From Porticoccaceae bacterium (GTDB lineage Bacteria > Pseudomonadota > Gammaproteobacteria > Pseudomonadales > Porticoccaceae), in contig JBNKFQ010000225.1 in assembly GCA_050289385.1 (NCBI GenBank), forward strand, positions 3,601-67,600: DNA of 64,000 nt, given 5' to 3'. Positions within the stretch are counted from its first letter, which is position 1; each line of letters begins with the position of its first letter. A program made the translations under genes and the position numbers. Below, in pieces: positions 46,942 through 56,499 of this stretch. The notes under the pieces were generated by a model. The model had not been told where the DNA came from, made no database searches, and worked only from the letters and a program-made list of their open reading frames with translations.

Positions 46942-47817
46942 TTAACCAAACCGGCCAGTGATATAGGCCTCGGTCAGCTCATGCTCCGGGGCAGTAAATA
47001 CCTTTTGTGTGTCATTTACTTCGATCAGATACCCCAGATGGAAATAGGCTGTACGTTGAGACACTCGCGCCGCTTGCTGCATGGAGTGCGTAACAATAGC
47101 TATAGTGTAGTTCTCACGCAGTTCCGCAATCAACTCCTCGATTCTTGCAGTCGCAATCGGGTCGAGGGCAGAACATGGTTCATCCATCAAAATCACTTCC
47201 GGACTCACTGCTATTGCCCTGGCAATACACAAACGTTGTTGCTGGCCACCAGACAACCCGGTCCCCGGTGAGTGTAACCGGTCTTTTACCTCTGCCCAGA
47301 GGCTGGCGCGCTTGAGGCTGGTTTCGACAATTTCATCCAGCTCTGCACGACGATTTGCCAAACCGTGCAAACGAGGCCCATACGCAACGTTATCGTAAAT
47401 CGACTTGGGAAACGGGTTCGGCTTTTGAAACACCATGCCAATGCGAGCGCGCAGTGCGACTACATCCATACGCTTGTCGTAGATATCTTCGCCATCCAGC
47501 GTCAGGTTACCCTCAACACGGCAACTTTCTATGGTGTCATTCATACGATTGAGACTGCGCAAAAATGTGGATTTACCACAACCGGACGGACCGATCATGG
47601 CAATAACCTGATTTTTGCCAATATCCAAGTCCACACCATAAATGGCCTGATTGTCGCCGTAAAACACGTTGACATCCCGCATCGACATTTTCGAATTTTC
47701 AACCAGAGCTTCGCCGACTGTACTGCCGTACTCAATCTCACGCTGGGTCTCAGGCCGGGTTTGCCCTCCCTGATGGATCAACATGTCATCTGTCTGCCCG
47801 GTTGCCACTGTAGTCAT
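46942..47817 (-). CDS. pstB: Phosphate ABC transporter ATP-binding protein PstB
   Basis: Walker [10 protein letters not shown], signature LSGGQQQRL, Walker B ILMDEP, and PstB-typical [10 protein letters not shown]. Start at the ATG one codon inside the TTG listed in the track. Confidence 0.95.
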   Translation of the reverse strand: MTTVATGQTDDMLIHQGGQTRPETQREIEYGSTVGEALVENSKMSMRDVNVFYGDNQAIYGVDLDIGKNQVIAMIGPSGCGKSTFLRSLNRMNDTIESCRVEGNLTLDGEDIYDKRMDVVALRARIGMVFQKPNPFPKSIYDNVAYGPRLHGLANRRAELDEIVETSLKRASLWAEVKDRLHSPGTGLSGGQQQRLCIARAIAVSPEVILMDEPCSALDPIATARIEELIAELRENYTIAIVTHSMQQAARVSQRTAYFHLGYLIEVNDTQKVFTAPEHELTEAYITGRFG

Positions 47818-47899
47818 CAATCATTACCTGCATAAAGAAAGTACCCGAATATAACACTGGTTCCAACTGTCCTCAGCCTTCTGTCACCTGTCATTTGAA

Positions 47900-49204
47900 T
47901 CACCAGCGACGTTCCAGCCGCTTGCGCATAAATACCGCCAACGTATTCATCACCACAAGAAACGCCAGCAAAACCATAATGGCCGCTGAGGTTTTCTCGA
48001 TAAACGCCCTTTCCGGGCTATCTGCCCACAAAAATATCTGCACCGGCAACACCGTTGCCGGGTCGGCAAAACCGCCGGGTACATCAACAATAAAAGCCAC
48101 CATGCCAATCATCAGCAAAGGTGCCGATTCGCCCAACGCCTGCGCCATTCCGATAATTGCGCCAGTCATCATGCCCGGCATTGCCAATGGCAACACATGA
48201 TGCAATACCACCTGCATTGGCGAGGCGCCCATACCCATTGCCGCTTCGCGAATAGATGGCGGCACAGCTTTGATTGCGGCACGACTGGAAATAATAATCG
48301 TGGGTAACGTCATTAAAGTCAGTACCAGGCCGCCCACCACCGGAATAGAACGTGGCACATGAAAAAAATTGATAAAAATGGCGAGGCCCAGCAATCCAAA
48401 GATAATTGAAGGCACTGCCGCAAGGTTGTTGATATTAACTTCAATCAGGTCGGTCCACTTGTTACTGGGCGCAAATTCTTCCAGATAAATGGCAGCAGCC
48501 ACTCCGATCGGAAACGATAATGCCAAGGTAATCAATAATGTAAAAAATGAGCCCGTAGCCGCACCCCGGATACCCGCCAGCTCTGGTTCACGTGAGTCCC
48601 CTCGCGTAAAAAAGTTAACATTGAAGCGTTTCTTGATATCACCCACGGCAATTAACTGATCTACCCATTCTTGTTGGCGCTCACTGACTTTGCCGAGAAA
48701 CTTTTTACCGTCAAGGCTTTTATAGTAGGTATCAATATCATCATCAGCCAGCAACCAGAGTGTTTCGCTTTGACCGAGCAAACTCGGCCGGGATTCGAGC
48801 CGATCACGCAATTCAAAAGCAGCTCCAACACTGGCCAGACGATACAGATCCCTTTTTTCCTTGCGCCCGGAAATGTTCGGGAAAGCCTTGCGCAGAGCCT
48901 GCTTTATTACACCTTCAAAGTTTGCCAGCGACATCTGATCTTCGTTCTGTACGTCGGTAACACCGAGGACGTCAGAATCGTAAGTAACTTCCAACTGCAA
49001 ATATGTTTGCTGAAATGCGCCAGCGCCCTTGCCGATAATGTCGGTAAACAGTACCAGTAATGCCACCAAACCAAAGCCGACGGAAAGCATGCCATAAAAA
49101 CGAAAGCGTTTTTCCGCGCGGTAGCGCTGTGCCAGTGACTTTCTGACTTTTTCGGAAGTGCTGTTTACAGCAGAACCCGACGCTTCGGATTTCGAACTAG
49201 TCAT
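47900..49204 (-). CDS. pstA: Phosphate ABC transporter permease PstA (long form)
   Basis: Start at MTSSKSEASG, overlapping the pstC stop. Large periplasmic insert after TM1, and an EAA-like loop with REAAMGMGAS. Confidence 0.9.
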   Translation of the reverse strand: MTSSKSEASGSAVNSTSEKVRKSLAQRYRAEKRFRFYGMLSVGFGLVALLVLFTDIIGKGAGAFQQTYLQLEVTYDSDVLGVTDVQNEDQMSLANFEGVIKQALRKAFPNISGRKEKRDLYRLASVGAAFELRDRLESRPSLLGQSETLWLLADDDIDTYYKSLDGKKFLGKVSERQQEWVDQLIAVGDIKKRFNVNFFTRGDSREPELAGIRGAATGSFFTLLITLALSFPIGVAAAIYLEEFAPSNKWTDLIEVNINNLAAVPSIIFGLLGLAIFINFFHVPRSIPVVGGLVLTLMTLPTIIISSRAAIKAVPPSIREAAMGMGASPMQVVLHHVLPLAMPGMMTGAIIGMAQALGESAPLLMIGMVAFIVDVPGGFADPATVLPVQIFLWADSPERAFIEKTSAAIMVLLAFLVVMNTLAVFMRKRLERRW

Positions 49205-50591
49205 ATTGCTCTCGATATTTTTTAACGGTGCGCAAGGCAATCAGGTTCAGAATCAGGGTAACCAAAAACAGCATCAAACCCAGAGCAAACGCTGCCAGAG
49301 TCTTCGGACTATCGAACTCCTGGTCGCCGGTCAGCAAGGTTACAATTTGTACCGTTACTGTTGTTACCGCTTCCAGAGGATTAGCCGTCAGGTTGGCTGC
49401 AAGACCCGCGGCCATGACAACGATCATGGTTTCACCAATTGCTCGAGATGCAGCCAGCAAAACGCCACCGACGATGCCAGGTAACGCCGCCGGAAATACG
49501 ACTTTTTTAATCGTTTCCGAACGCGTGGCGCCAAGGCCAAGGGAACCATCTCGCAACGTCCGCGGCACTGCTGTAATCACATCATCCGCAAGGGAGGATA
49601 TAAACGGGATGATCATTATTCCCATCACGGAACCGGCAGCCAGTGCACTTTCGGAAGACACACTCAGCCCTATTGACTCTCCCAGCTCACGCACAACAGG
49701 CGCAACGGTCAACGCTGCGAAAAACCCATATACGACCGTCGGTATACCCGCCAGAATCTCAAGCAGCGGCTTGATGACATTGCGCAGCCTGGGGCTGGCA
49801 TATTCGGCCAGATAAATCGCGGACATTAATCCAACCGGTACCGCCACGATCATGGCAATGGCCGAAATTAACAGGGTACCGAGAAATAGCGGCACCGCAC
49901 CGAAACTGCCGGAAGAACCGACTTGATCAGCGCGAATTGCTGTCTGTGGACTCCACTCCGTGCCAAAAACAAAGTTCACCGCGGACACTTCTTCAAAACT
50001 GAAGAAGCGAATCGTCTCGAATATTACTGAAAACAGAATGCCTACTGTCGTAAGGATGGCAATGCATGCGCAAGCCAGCAAACCGGCTTTAAACACCTTT
50101 TCCACTTGATGACGAGCCCGCAGCGCCGGTGATATCCTGCGCCAGCCCCAAAATCCACCGACGACCGACAACGACAGAATGCTGGCCGTCAACACCCACC
50201 GTGCTGTCTGGTGCAGACTATTCAACCGCTCGGCTGCCGCAATGAGCGGTAAATCGCCATCACCTGGCGACAGTGATCCGGAGGCAATATTCTCTATGCG
50301 ATTAAGCAGCAAATTGTAGTCAGCCGCCGTTTGCGGTTGCAGGTTTTCGGACAAACCGGAAAGCACCATCTGACTGATGACCGGCTCATCAAACATCAGC
50401 CAAATGACTAGCAACAGCAGCGACGGCAGGCAGCACCAGATGGCCGTTTGCACTCCGTAATAAAAAGGCAGGGAATTGAGGTGACGTATGCCACCCAGAG
50501 GCCGGGCCTTTACAAAGGAGCGCCCGTAGCCGAGATAGTAGGCCAGACCGACCATGGCGATCAGGACGATTATCAGATTTGTTGTCTGCAT
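49197..50591 (-). CDS. pstC: Phosphate ABC transporter permease PstC (long form)
   Basis: 464 aa with an extended N-terminal domain, then a typical PstC core (LRDGSLGLGATRSET). Confidence 0.9.
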   Translation of the reverse strand: MQTTNLIIVLIAMVGLAYYLGYGRSFVKARPLGGIRHLNSLPFYYGVQTAIWCCLPSLLLLVIWLMFDEPVISQMVLSGLSENLQPQTAADYNLLLNRIENIASGSLSPGDGDLPLIAAAERLNSLHQTARWVLTASILSLSVVGGFWGWRRISPALRARHQVEKVFKAGLLACACIAILTTVGILFSVIFETIRFFSFEEVSAVNFVFGTEWSPQTAIRADQVGSSGSFGAVPLFLGTLLISAIAMIVAVPVGLMSAIYLAEYASPRLRNVIKPLLEILAGIPTVVYGFFAALTVAPVVRELGESIGLSVSSESALAAGSVMGIMIIPFISSLADDVITAVPRTLRDGSLGLGATRSETIKKVVFPAALPGIVGGVLLAASRAIGETMIVVMAAGLAANLTANPLEAVTTVTVQIVTLLTGDQEFDSPKTLAAFALGLMLFLVTLILNLIALRTVKKYREQYD

Positions 50592-50632
50592 GTTTGTTCT
50601 GTCCTGTGCGCGAATTACCCGCCGCTTTCTGT

Positions 50633-50662
50633 CAAAAAGGCCCGGCAGATTTCCGCCGGGCC
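50633..50662 (-). terminator. Intra-operon hairpin/attenuator between pstS and pstC
   Basis: On the minus strand: GGCCCGGC ggaaatct GCCGGGCC followed by TTTTTG. An 8-bp GC stem plus a T tract. Confidence 0.55.
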
Positions 50663-50721
50663 AAATTTTGAGAAAACTCTGTTATTGTTCTGCTACTTCT
50701 GTGCCATTACTGCAACGAGCG

Positions 50722-51777
50722 CTACAAAGATTGTAATGCCTCTCGTCCTTTTACTGAAGCAGCCATTGCCTTGCGCTTGGCCGTACCCATAGGAATCATA
50801 CCTTTTTCGGCCAGATACCCATCTTCACCCCACGCTTTTTCACTGGTGAATTCTGCCAGATATTTCTCGATACCAGGAATAACACCAATGTGTGCTTTCT
50901 TCACATAGAAATAAAGCGGGCGAGAAACCGGATAGCTCTTATCAGCAATGGTGTCAAAAGTTGGTGCATGGCCTTCGATAAGAGATCCTTGCACCTTGTC
51001 GCTGTTTTGTTCAAGGAAACTGAAACCAAATACGCCCAGCGCTTTCGGGTTGGCATTAAGTTTTTGCACGATCAGGTTGTCATTTTCACCTGCTTCGATG
51101 TAGGCACCGTCTTCACGAATGGTGTGAGCGATCGCCTTGTATCTTTGTTTGTCTTTCTTTTTTAATGCCTTGATCCAGGCAAATGTCTTGGCGCCACCTT
51201 CAAGTGCAAGTTCAGCAAAAGCATCACGAGTTCCGGAAGTTGGCGGCGGTCCCAGGACCTCGATTTTTAAATTCGGCAGAGACGAGTTTACGTCTTTCCA
51301 GGTTTCGTAAGGATTCGCTACCAGCGTTTCTGAACCATCCGGGTTTGGTACGTTTTTGGCCAGAGCCAGAAAGATATCCCTGCGGTTCAGTTCCAGACGC
51401 TCGGCTTTATTGGAGTTTGCCAATACGATGCCATCATAACCGATCAGAACTTCAACAATGTCGGTAACGCCATTTTTTTTGCAGTTTTCGAACTCTGACT
51501 TTTTTATCCGTCGTGACGCATTAGTGATGTCGGGATGTTCGGCGCCAATACCAGCACAGAACAGCTTCATACCACCACCGGAACCCGTGGACTCAACTTT
51601 CGGAGTCGGGTGTTTGGTGGCATTGCCAAAACGTTCGGCAACTACCGTTGCAAACGGATATACAGTAGAAGAACCAACGATGCTGATGTAGTCACGCGAA
51701 GCAGCGATCGTGTGGGTAGCAGCCAACGCTATAGCAGCCGCAAGGCCAGCGATTGTCAGTTTAAAACTCTTGTTCAC
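50722..51777 (-). CDS. pstS: Phosphate ABC transporter substrate-binding protein (PstS family)
   Basis: Start re-assigned to GTG 51777, preceded by AAAGGAGAGG. Signal peptide (V)NKSFKLTIAGLAAAIALAA. SIVGSSTVYPF and PPTSGTRDAF motifs of PstS-like PBPs. Confidence 0.85.
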   Translation of the reverse strand: MNKSFKLTIAGLAAAIALAATHTIAASRDYISIVGSSTVYPFATVVAERFGNATKHPTPKVESTGSGGGMKLFCAGIGAEHPDITNASRRIKKSEFENCKKNGVTDIVEVLIGYDGIVLANSNKAERLELNRRDIFLALAKNVPNPDGSETLVANPYETWKDVNSSLPNLKIEVLGPPPTSGTRDAFAELALEGGAKTFAWIKALKKKDKQRYKAIAHTIREDGAYIEAGENDNLIVQKLNANPKALGVFGFSFLEQNSDKVQGSLIEGHAPTFDTIADKSYPVSRPLYFYVKKAHIGVIPGIEKYLAEFTSEKAWGEDGYLAEKGMIPMGTAKRKAMAASVKGREALQSL

Positions 51778-51930
51778 AGTCCTCTCCTTTGAGTTGTCAT
51801 TGGGAACCTCGAGGGGGTTCTGACAGTGCATGTAGCCTGCAGCCTTTAGTTCATACATCAATTCACACATCAGCTTGATATACGATTCAGACTTTACTCA
51901 GGCTTTCGACCCGGATGCTATGGCTGTAAC

Positions 51931-51970
51931 ATGACAATGCTATGAATGAATTATTACAGTTATATTACAA
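51931..51970 (-). promoter_or_regulatory. Two tandem Pho boxes upstream of pstS
   Basis: The minus strand reads TTGTAAT ataa CTGTAAT aatt CATTCAT agca TTGTCAT. That is four heptads at strict 11-nt spacing, ~155 nt upstream of the pstS start. Confidence 0.7.
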
Positions 51971-52140
51971 TGGCGAGCTGAAATGCTAACCCGGCTAAAT
52001 TCGTTGTTTCCGAATCCCGGTGTCTGAGCAGTCTTGATGCCTCAACAAGTGCACATCTAACAAGAGCACCTCTAAATTGCTTCAAACGGATTACCGCCCT
52101 ATCATCGCTTCCAATAATGAATAATTAAACGGCTCTCACT

Positions 52141-52677
52141 ATGCTCGATTCCATCTCACGTGCCATCGATGCTCTGACCGAATGGACCGGTCGCGCGGTC
52201 GCCTGGCTAACTGTCGCCATGATGGCGCTCACCTGCGTGGTAGTGGTTATGCGCTATCTGCTGGAAACTGGCTCTATTGCCCTGCAAGAGACCATTACTT
52301 ATCTTCACGCCACCGTATTCTTGCTGGGCGCCGCCTTTACTCTGAAGCGCGGTGGTCATGTTCGAGTCGATATTTTTTATCGCCGCATGAATGAGCGCCA
52401 GCAGGCACTGGTAGACGCGCTGGGTGGCATACTGTTTCTACTGCCGGTATGCGGGCTGATTTTCTGGCTTGGCCTGGGCTACGTTGCTGCCAGCTGGGAC
52501 GTCCGCGAGGTCTCCACAGAACCCGGTGGCTTGCCATGGGTATATCTGCTCAAGTCCCTGTTGCTGGTTATGCCGGTGTTACTGGCGCTGCAAGGCCTGG
52601 CAGAAATCATCCGCAACTTTTTATTCTTTTTTCACCGCGGTGGATCTCACCGGGACGCAGACGAGGTATTACTCTGA
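52141..52677 (+). CDS. dctQ: TRAP transporter small permease (DctQ family)
   Basis: 178 aa, 4 TM, directly coupled (TGATG overlap) to a DctM-type gene. Confidence 0.85.
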   Translation: MLDSISRAIDALTEWTGRAVAWLTVAMMALTCVVVVMRYLLETGSIALQETITYLHATVFLLGAAFTLKRGGHVRVDIFYRRMNERQQALVDALGGILFLLPVCGLIFWLGLGYVAASWDVREVSTEPGGLPWVYLLKSLLLVMPVLLALQGLAEIIRNFLFFFHRGGSHRDADEVLL

Positions 52678-54050
52678 TGATCGAGTGGTTACCCCTGTTG
52701 ATGTTTGCCGCTGTCTGCGGCCTGTTACTGCTTGGCTATCCAGTGGCCCTGACTTTGAGTGGTACAGCGCTTTTGTTTGCTGCAATTGCTACCCTGACGG
52801 GTCACTTCGACACAACCTTTCTGGAGGCATTGCCAAATCGCCTGTTTGGCACCATGAACAACACCACATTGATAGCCGTGCCACTATTTATCCTGATGGG
52901 TGTCATGCTGGAAAAGGCCAAACTGGCGGAAGACCTTCTGGACAGTATGGCCCGACTGTTCGGGAAAGTGCGAGGCGGTCTTGGCGTTTCGGTTGTCGTC
53001 GTCGGTATGTTGCTGGCCGCCAGCACTGGCATCGTTGGCGCCACCGTCGTCACCATGGGGCTGATGTCGTTGCCAACCATGCTAAAACGCGGCTATAGCC
53101 CTGCCCTGGCCACGGGCTCGATTTGCGCCACCGGCACCCTTGGACAAATAATCCCCCCCTCAATTGCTCTGGTATTACTGGGAGACATTCTGTCCAGCGC
53201 CTACCAGCAAGCACAGTTGAATATGGGCATATTCACGCCCAAAACGGTTTCTATCGGGGACCTGTTTGTGGGCGCTATTATTCCGGGAATGCTACTGGTG
53301 GTGCTGTACATCACCTGGTTATTGCTGGTGGCTCGAATCAAGCCCTCTGCCGCACCGGGGCACGAAGAGGATCGTGCCGATATCAACCTCGGGCAGTTAC
53401 TGAAAAATCTGTTGCCCCCTGTTGTTTTAATCGTGCTGGTTCTGGGATCAATCCTGGGGGGCGTGGCAACCCCCACGGAGGCTGCCGGTGTCGGCGCCAT
53501 GGGTGCTACATTACTGGCACTGTTGCGCGGTCAACTGGATCTTGCCCGGCTGCGCGCGGTGGCCCGAAACACCACCGAAGTCACCGCCATGGTATTTTTG
53601 ATTCTGATCGGCGCAGCGATATTCTCGCTGGTGTTTCGGGGGTTTGGCGGCGAAGAAATGGTCACCCGTATTTTTGACGACATTCCGGGTGGTGCGTTTG
53701 GAGCAACCCTGCTGGTCATGATTGTTATTTTCCTGTTGGGTTTTATCCTCGACTTTATCGAAATCACCTTTGTTGTGGTGCCGATTGTCGGCCCGGTACT
53801 GCTGGCCATGGGCCTGGACCCTATCTGGCTCGGTATTATGATTGCCGTTAACCTGCAGACATCGTTCCTGACGCCACCCTTTGGGTTTGCCCTGTTTTAT
53901 CTGCGCGGGGTAGCGCCGGTATCGGTAAAAACCGGCGAAATTTACAAAGGCGTGATACCCTTTGTCGTTATCCAGTTACTGTTACTGGGTCTGCTGGCGA
54001 TGTGGCCAGCACTGGCCACCTGGTTGCCCGAATACCTGAGCCAGAGTTAG
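52677..54050 (+). CDS. dctM: TRAP transporter large permease (DctM family)
   Basis: Start at MIEWLPLLMFAAV.... ~457 aa polytopic protein with typical DctM sequence (IPPSIALVLLG, FLTPPFGFALFYL). Confidence 0.9.
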   Translation: MIEWLPLLMFAAVCGLLLLGYPVALTLSGTALLFAAIATLTGHFDTTFLEALPNRLFGTMNNTTLIAVPLFILMGVMLEKAKLAEDLLDSMARLFGKVRGGLGVSVVVVGMLLAASTGIVGATVVTMGLMSLPTMLKRGYSPALATGSICATGTLGQIIPPSIALVLLGDILSSAYQQAQLNMGIFTPKTVSIGDLFVGAIIPGMLLVVLYITWLLLVARIKPSAAPGHEEDRADINLGQLLKNLLPPVVLIVLVLGSILGGVATPTEAAGVGAMGATLLALLRGQLDLARLRAVARNTTEVTAMVFLILIGAAIFSLVFRGFGGEEMVTRIFDDIPGGAFGATLLVMIVIFLLGFILDFIEITFVVVPIVGPVLLAMGLDPIWLGIMIAVNLQTSFLTPPFGFALFYLRGVAPVSVKTGEIYKGVIPFVVIQLLLLGLLAMWPALATWLPEYLSQS

Positions 54051-54080
54051 CCCTCGATTTTACTGCAAAGGCGCTTTTCC

Positions 54081-54479
54081 ATGTCTGAAATGAATACTCC
54101 TCCGCAGCCAGCCGGGACGCTAAGCTTGCAAACCATCGCCATGCCCCGGGACACTAACCCTAACGGGGATATTTTCGGTGGCTGGGTGTTATCGCAGATG
54201 GACATTGCGTGCAGTATTCACGCTCGCCGCATAGCCAAAGGTCGGGTTGCAACGGTGGCTATCAGCAACATGGCTTTTCTCAAGCCGGTTCCTGTCGGCT
54301 CCACCGTGAGCTGTTATACCCATCTGGAGGATATTGGCCGCAGCTCCATGCGTTTTCTGGTGGATGTATGGTGCATCGAACCCGACGATGAAAAAGCGTT
54401 CAAGGTAACCGAAGGCGAATTTATTTTTGTCGCGATTGACGGGCAGGGCAATACCCGGTCTGTGCCTGATCAGAAATAG
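54081..54479 (+). CDS. Hotdog-fold acyl-CoA thioesterase (YciA-like)
   Basis: 132 aa. MPRDTNPNGDIFGGWVLSQMD matches the YciA/Acot-type N-terminus. Confidence 0.85.
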   Translation: MSEMNTPPQPAGTLSLQTIAMPRDTNPNGDIFGGWVLSQMDIACSIHARRIAKGRVATVAISNMAFLKPVPVGSTVSCYTHLEDIGRSSMRFLVDVWCIEPDDEKAFKVTEGEFIFVAIDGQGNTRSVPDQK

Positions 54480-54534
54480 AGAATTTGGAGCAGGGTCCAG
54501 GGAATTGAAAAAGGCACGTCCCACGATGTCTTTA

Positions 54535-54565
54535 GCGTGCAGCTACAGACATGCGACGTGCGATC
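54535..54565. repeat. Copy 1 of a 31-nt heptad-periodic GC-rich motif
   Basis: GCGTGCAGCTACAGACATGCGACGTGCGATC. 27/31 identical to 58740-58770. Confidence 0.75.
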
Positions 54566-54580
54566 TTCAACCAACTCTCC

Positions 54581-54753
54581 TAGTACTCCTTCAAAGTGAT
54601 AATGACGGGTTCAGTTGACTTGTCAGCGTCCATGGCGAGGCGCGCCTTGCCGGTAATGGCCGTAGCCCTTGCCAAGAGGCGCAACGACGTCCATGGGCGC
54701 TGACAAGCCAACCCGCAGGGCGATCCCGTCATTATTACCTTGAAGGAGTACTA
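54581..54753. repeat. ~173-bp nested imperfect palindrome (MITE-like or structured-RNA-like)
   Basis: Outer arms 54581-54609 and 54725-54753 are complementary at 27/29. Inner arms 54614-54635 and 54691-54712 are complementary at 20/22. The centre pairs partially. The right end supplies the TAG stop of the 54751-55116 CDS. Confidence 0.85.
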
Positions 54754-55116
54754 GTGCGTCTCCAGCCAATGCAAGGCCGTTTCACGATCTGAAAAAAATG
54801 ACATTTTCCACTTCCCCTTGCCAGGAAACATCATGATTATCCTGGAGCTCACATGCCCCGCCCGAGTTTGGGACAGTATGGCCGCCGCTCGAATTGACTG
54901 CATATCTGCCACTTTTTGCTGAGCGTCGAAGGTAAGGTGGTAAGCATTTTTCTTGTTAACCAATACACGGCACGGGCATTTAAAGTGCATGCGCAACGTA
55001 CGATCGTATTCATCGATCATTTTTGCCGTCACTTCCGTTCTGGCACGTATGATAACTTCGGCAAGATCCTCTCCCAACACACGGATTTCGCCAAAGCTTA
55101 ATTCCAGCTTTTCCAT
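54751..55116 (-). CDS. Hypothetical protein (possibly STAS/SpoIIAA-like fold)
   Basis: 121 aa from MEKLELSFGEIRVL.... No motif that I can name. The fold guess rests on size and pattern only. Confidence 0.4.
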   Translation of the reverse strand: MEKLELSFGEIRVLGEDLAEVIIRARTEVTAKMIDEYDRTLRMHFKCPCRVLVNKKNAYHLTFDAQQKVADMQSIRAAAILSQTRAGHVSSRIIMMFPGKGKWKMSFFSDRETALHWLETH

Positions 55117-55390
55117 TTCAGGTTCCCTGTTTGATTGTTTTTTATCCAACAGGGCTCTGTTTTGCTTTTTTCCGGGCAAGCGAAACCATCAGGACTTGAT
55201 TACCCGGCTTAAAAGTCAGCTTTCGGCTGGTCTGTGCTTCTTTTTTTTGTTGTTAAGGAGTTAACCCGCGTGTGAGCAACAACTCTCAATAACATAGCCA
55301 GAGCCATATGCCTTTTACAGGCGGACGAATTATTGCGTTATCTGCTGGCAAGACGCAACCCACCAGCGGGTTTTGATCTGTTGCGAAATA

Positions 55391-56443
55391 TTATTTGAGA
55401 ACAATTGCCCGTTGCAAATCCATACCCATTGACAACAGCACTGGATTACTTTCCTGTTGCAACTTGAAGTTGTCCTTATTATTCAAACCCAACCAGTTTT
55501 GATAAATCAATGCCTGTGCCACTGACGCGCCGAGCGTAGTTCCAGGGCCGGTCAAAATCAAACAATCTGGCGCAAACTCTTTAATCGCCACGTTTACCGC
55601 ACTGGAAAAATCGTAAGGTTTTTCTATCTGATAACCAAAAGTGTAATCGTAGAGTTTGTCCAGGTCCGTGGCCCATGGCTGCCAGACCTGGCCCTGACCA
55701 TCTATCAACGGCAGCTCCGGCCTGGAAAACAGCTCGGGTGACAAATGCTGCTTCGCCATCGCCGGTACGTGACTGAGTAACGGGCTGTGGAACGCTGCGT
55801 GATTGTATAGCTGAAACGGATACCGATCCTGCACAGGCGGCAGATTTTCCAGCAAAAACTTCACACCTTTGTCATTGGCCGCCAACACCTTTAAGCCACC
55901 CAGTCGAATGGATTCGTATATTTCTACCCCCGACTCAGTGGCGGCCGCAGCAAGTACATTAGCCAGATTTTCGGTTTGCTCCTGGCTGTGGCGCCACTGT
56001 TCATCTACAAGCGGGTAAATGACCTGGCCTCCGCGACCTTCCCGCTGCATTATCGTACCCATGGTATTTACCACTTTCAGCCCACCTTCCAGACTCAGTA
56101 CACCCACACACGCCAGAGCCAGATACCAACCCATGGAGTTGCCGGTCACTGCAACAATGTCATATCTGTCGCGATCAATCGCCATGAAATCGGCGAGCGC
56201 ACAGGTATAAATCAACGGCGAGGCATTTTCACTACTGGTGAGTGTCGCAGCCTGAAAGGTTTTGTTTGCATCCAGCTCTGATACCGATAACTGACCCTGG
56301 TCGCGACGATAATTATCTATCATGCCAATAAAATCCATTTTGTCACTGTGGTAACGCTGCAGATAACCCAACTCCTGCTTGTTGTAAACGCCACGACCAG
56401 GACAAACAACTACTGCGGTCCTTTTTTCAAGGGTGGATTTCAT
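55391..56443 (-). CDS. FabD-like (malonyl-CoA:ACP transacylase superfamily) acyltransferase
   Basis: 350 aa. VVVCPGRG N-terminus and nucleophile elbow VTGNSMGWYLA (GxSxG), with later HAAFHSPLL. It diverges from housekeeping FabD (GHSLGE). Confidence 0.7.
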   Translation of the reverse strand: MKSTLEKRTAVVVCPGRGVYNKQELGYLQRYHSDKMDFIGMIDNYRRDQGQLSVSELDANKTFQAATLTSSENASPLIYTCALADFMAIDRDRYDIVAVTGNSMGWYLALACVGVLSLEGGLKVVNTMGTIMQREGRGGQVIYPLVDEQWRHSQEQTENLANVLAAAATESGVEIYESIRLGGLKVLAANDKGVKFLLENLPPVQDRYPFQLYNHAAFHSPLLSHVPAMAKQHLSPELFSRPELPLIDGQGQVWQPWATDLDKLYDYTFGYQIEKPYDFSSAVNVAIKEFAPDCLILTGPGTTLGASVAQALIYQNWLGLNNKDNFKLQQESNPVLLSMGMDLQRAIVLK

Positions 56444-56499
56444 TTATTGATGTCCGTTTGCTTGCTTCTCGAACTGTTGTCCGTCACGACATTAGTGGT

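Noticed and set aside
50722-51870. Full 382-aa ORF for pstS, and the N-terminally extended track ORFs for dctM (52449), MMPL (27510), MipA (17979) and the thioesterase (28414)
   Set aside because: The extensions lack signal or TM logic and overlap upstream genes. Internal starts give canonical N-termini, good SD sequences or ATGA/TAATG coupling, so the shorter coordinates were used.
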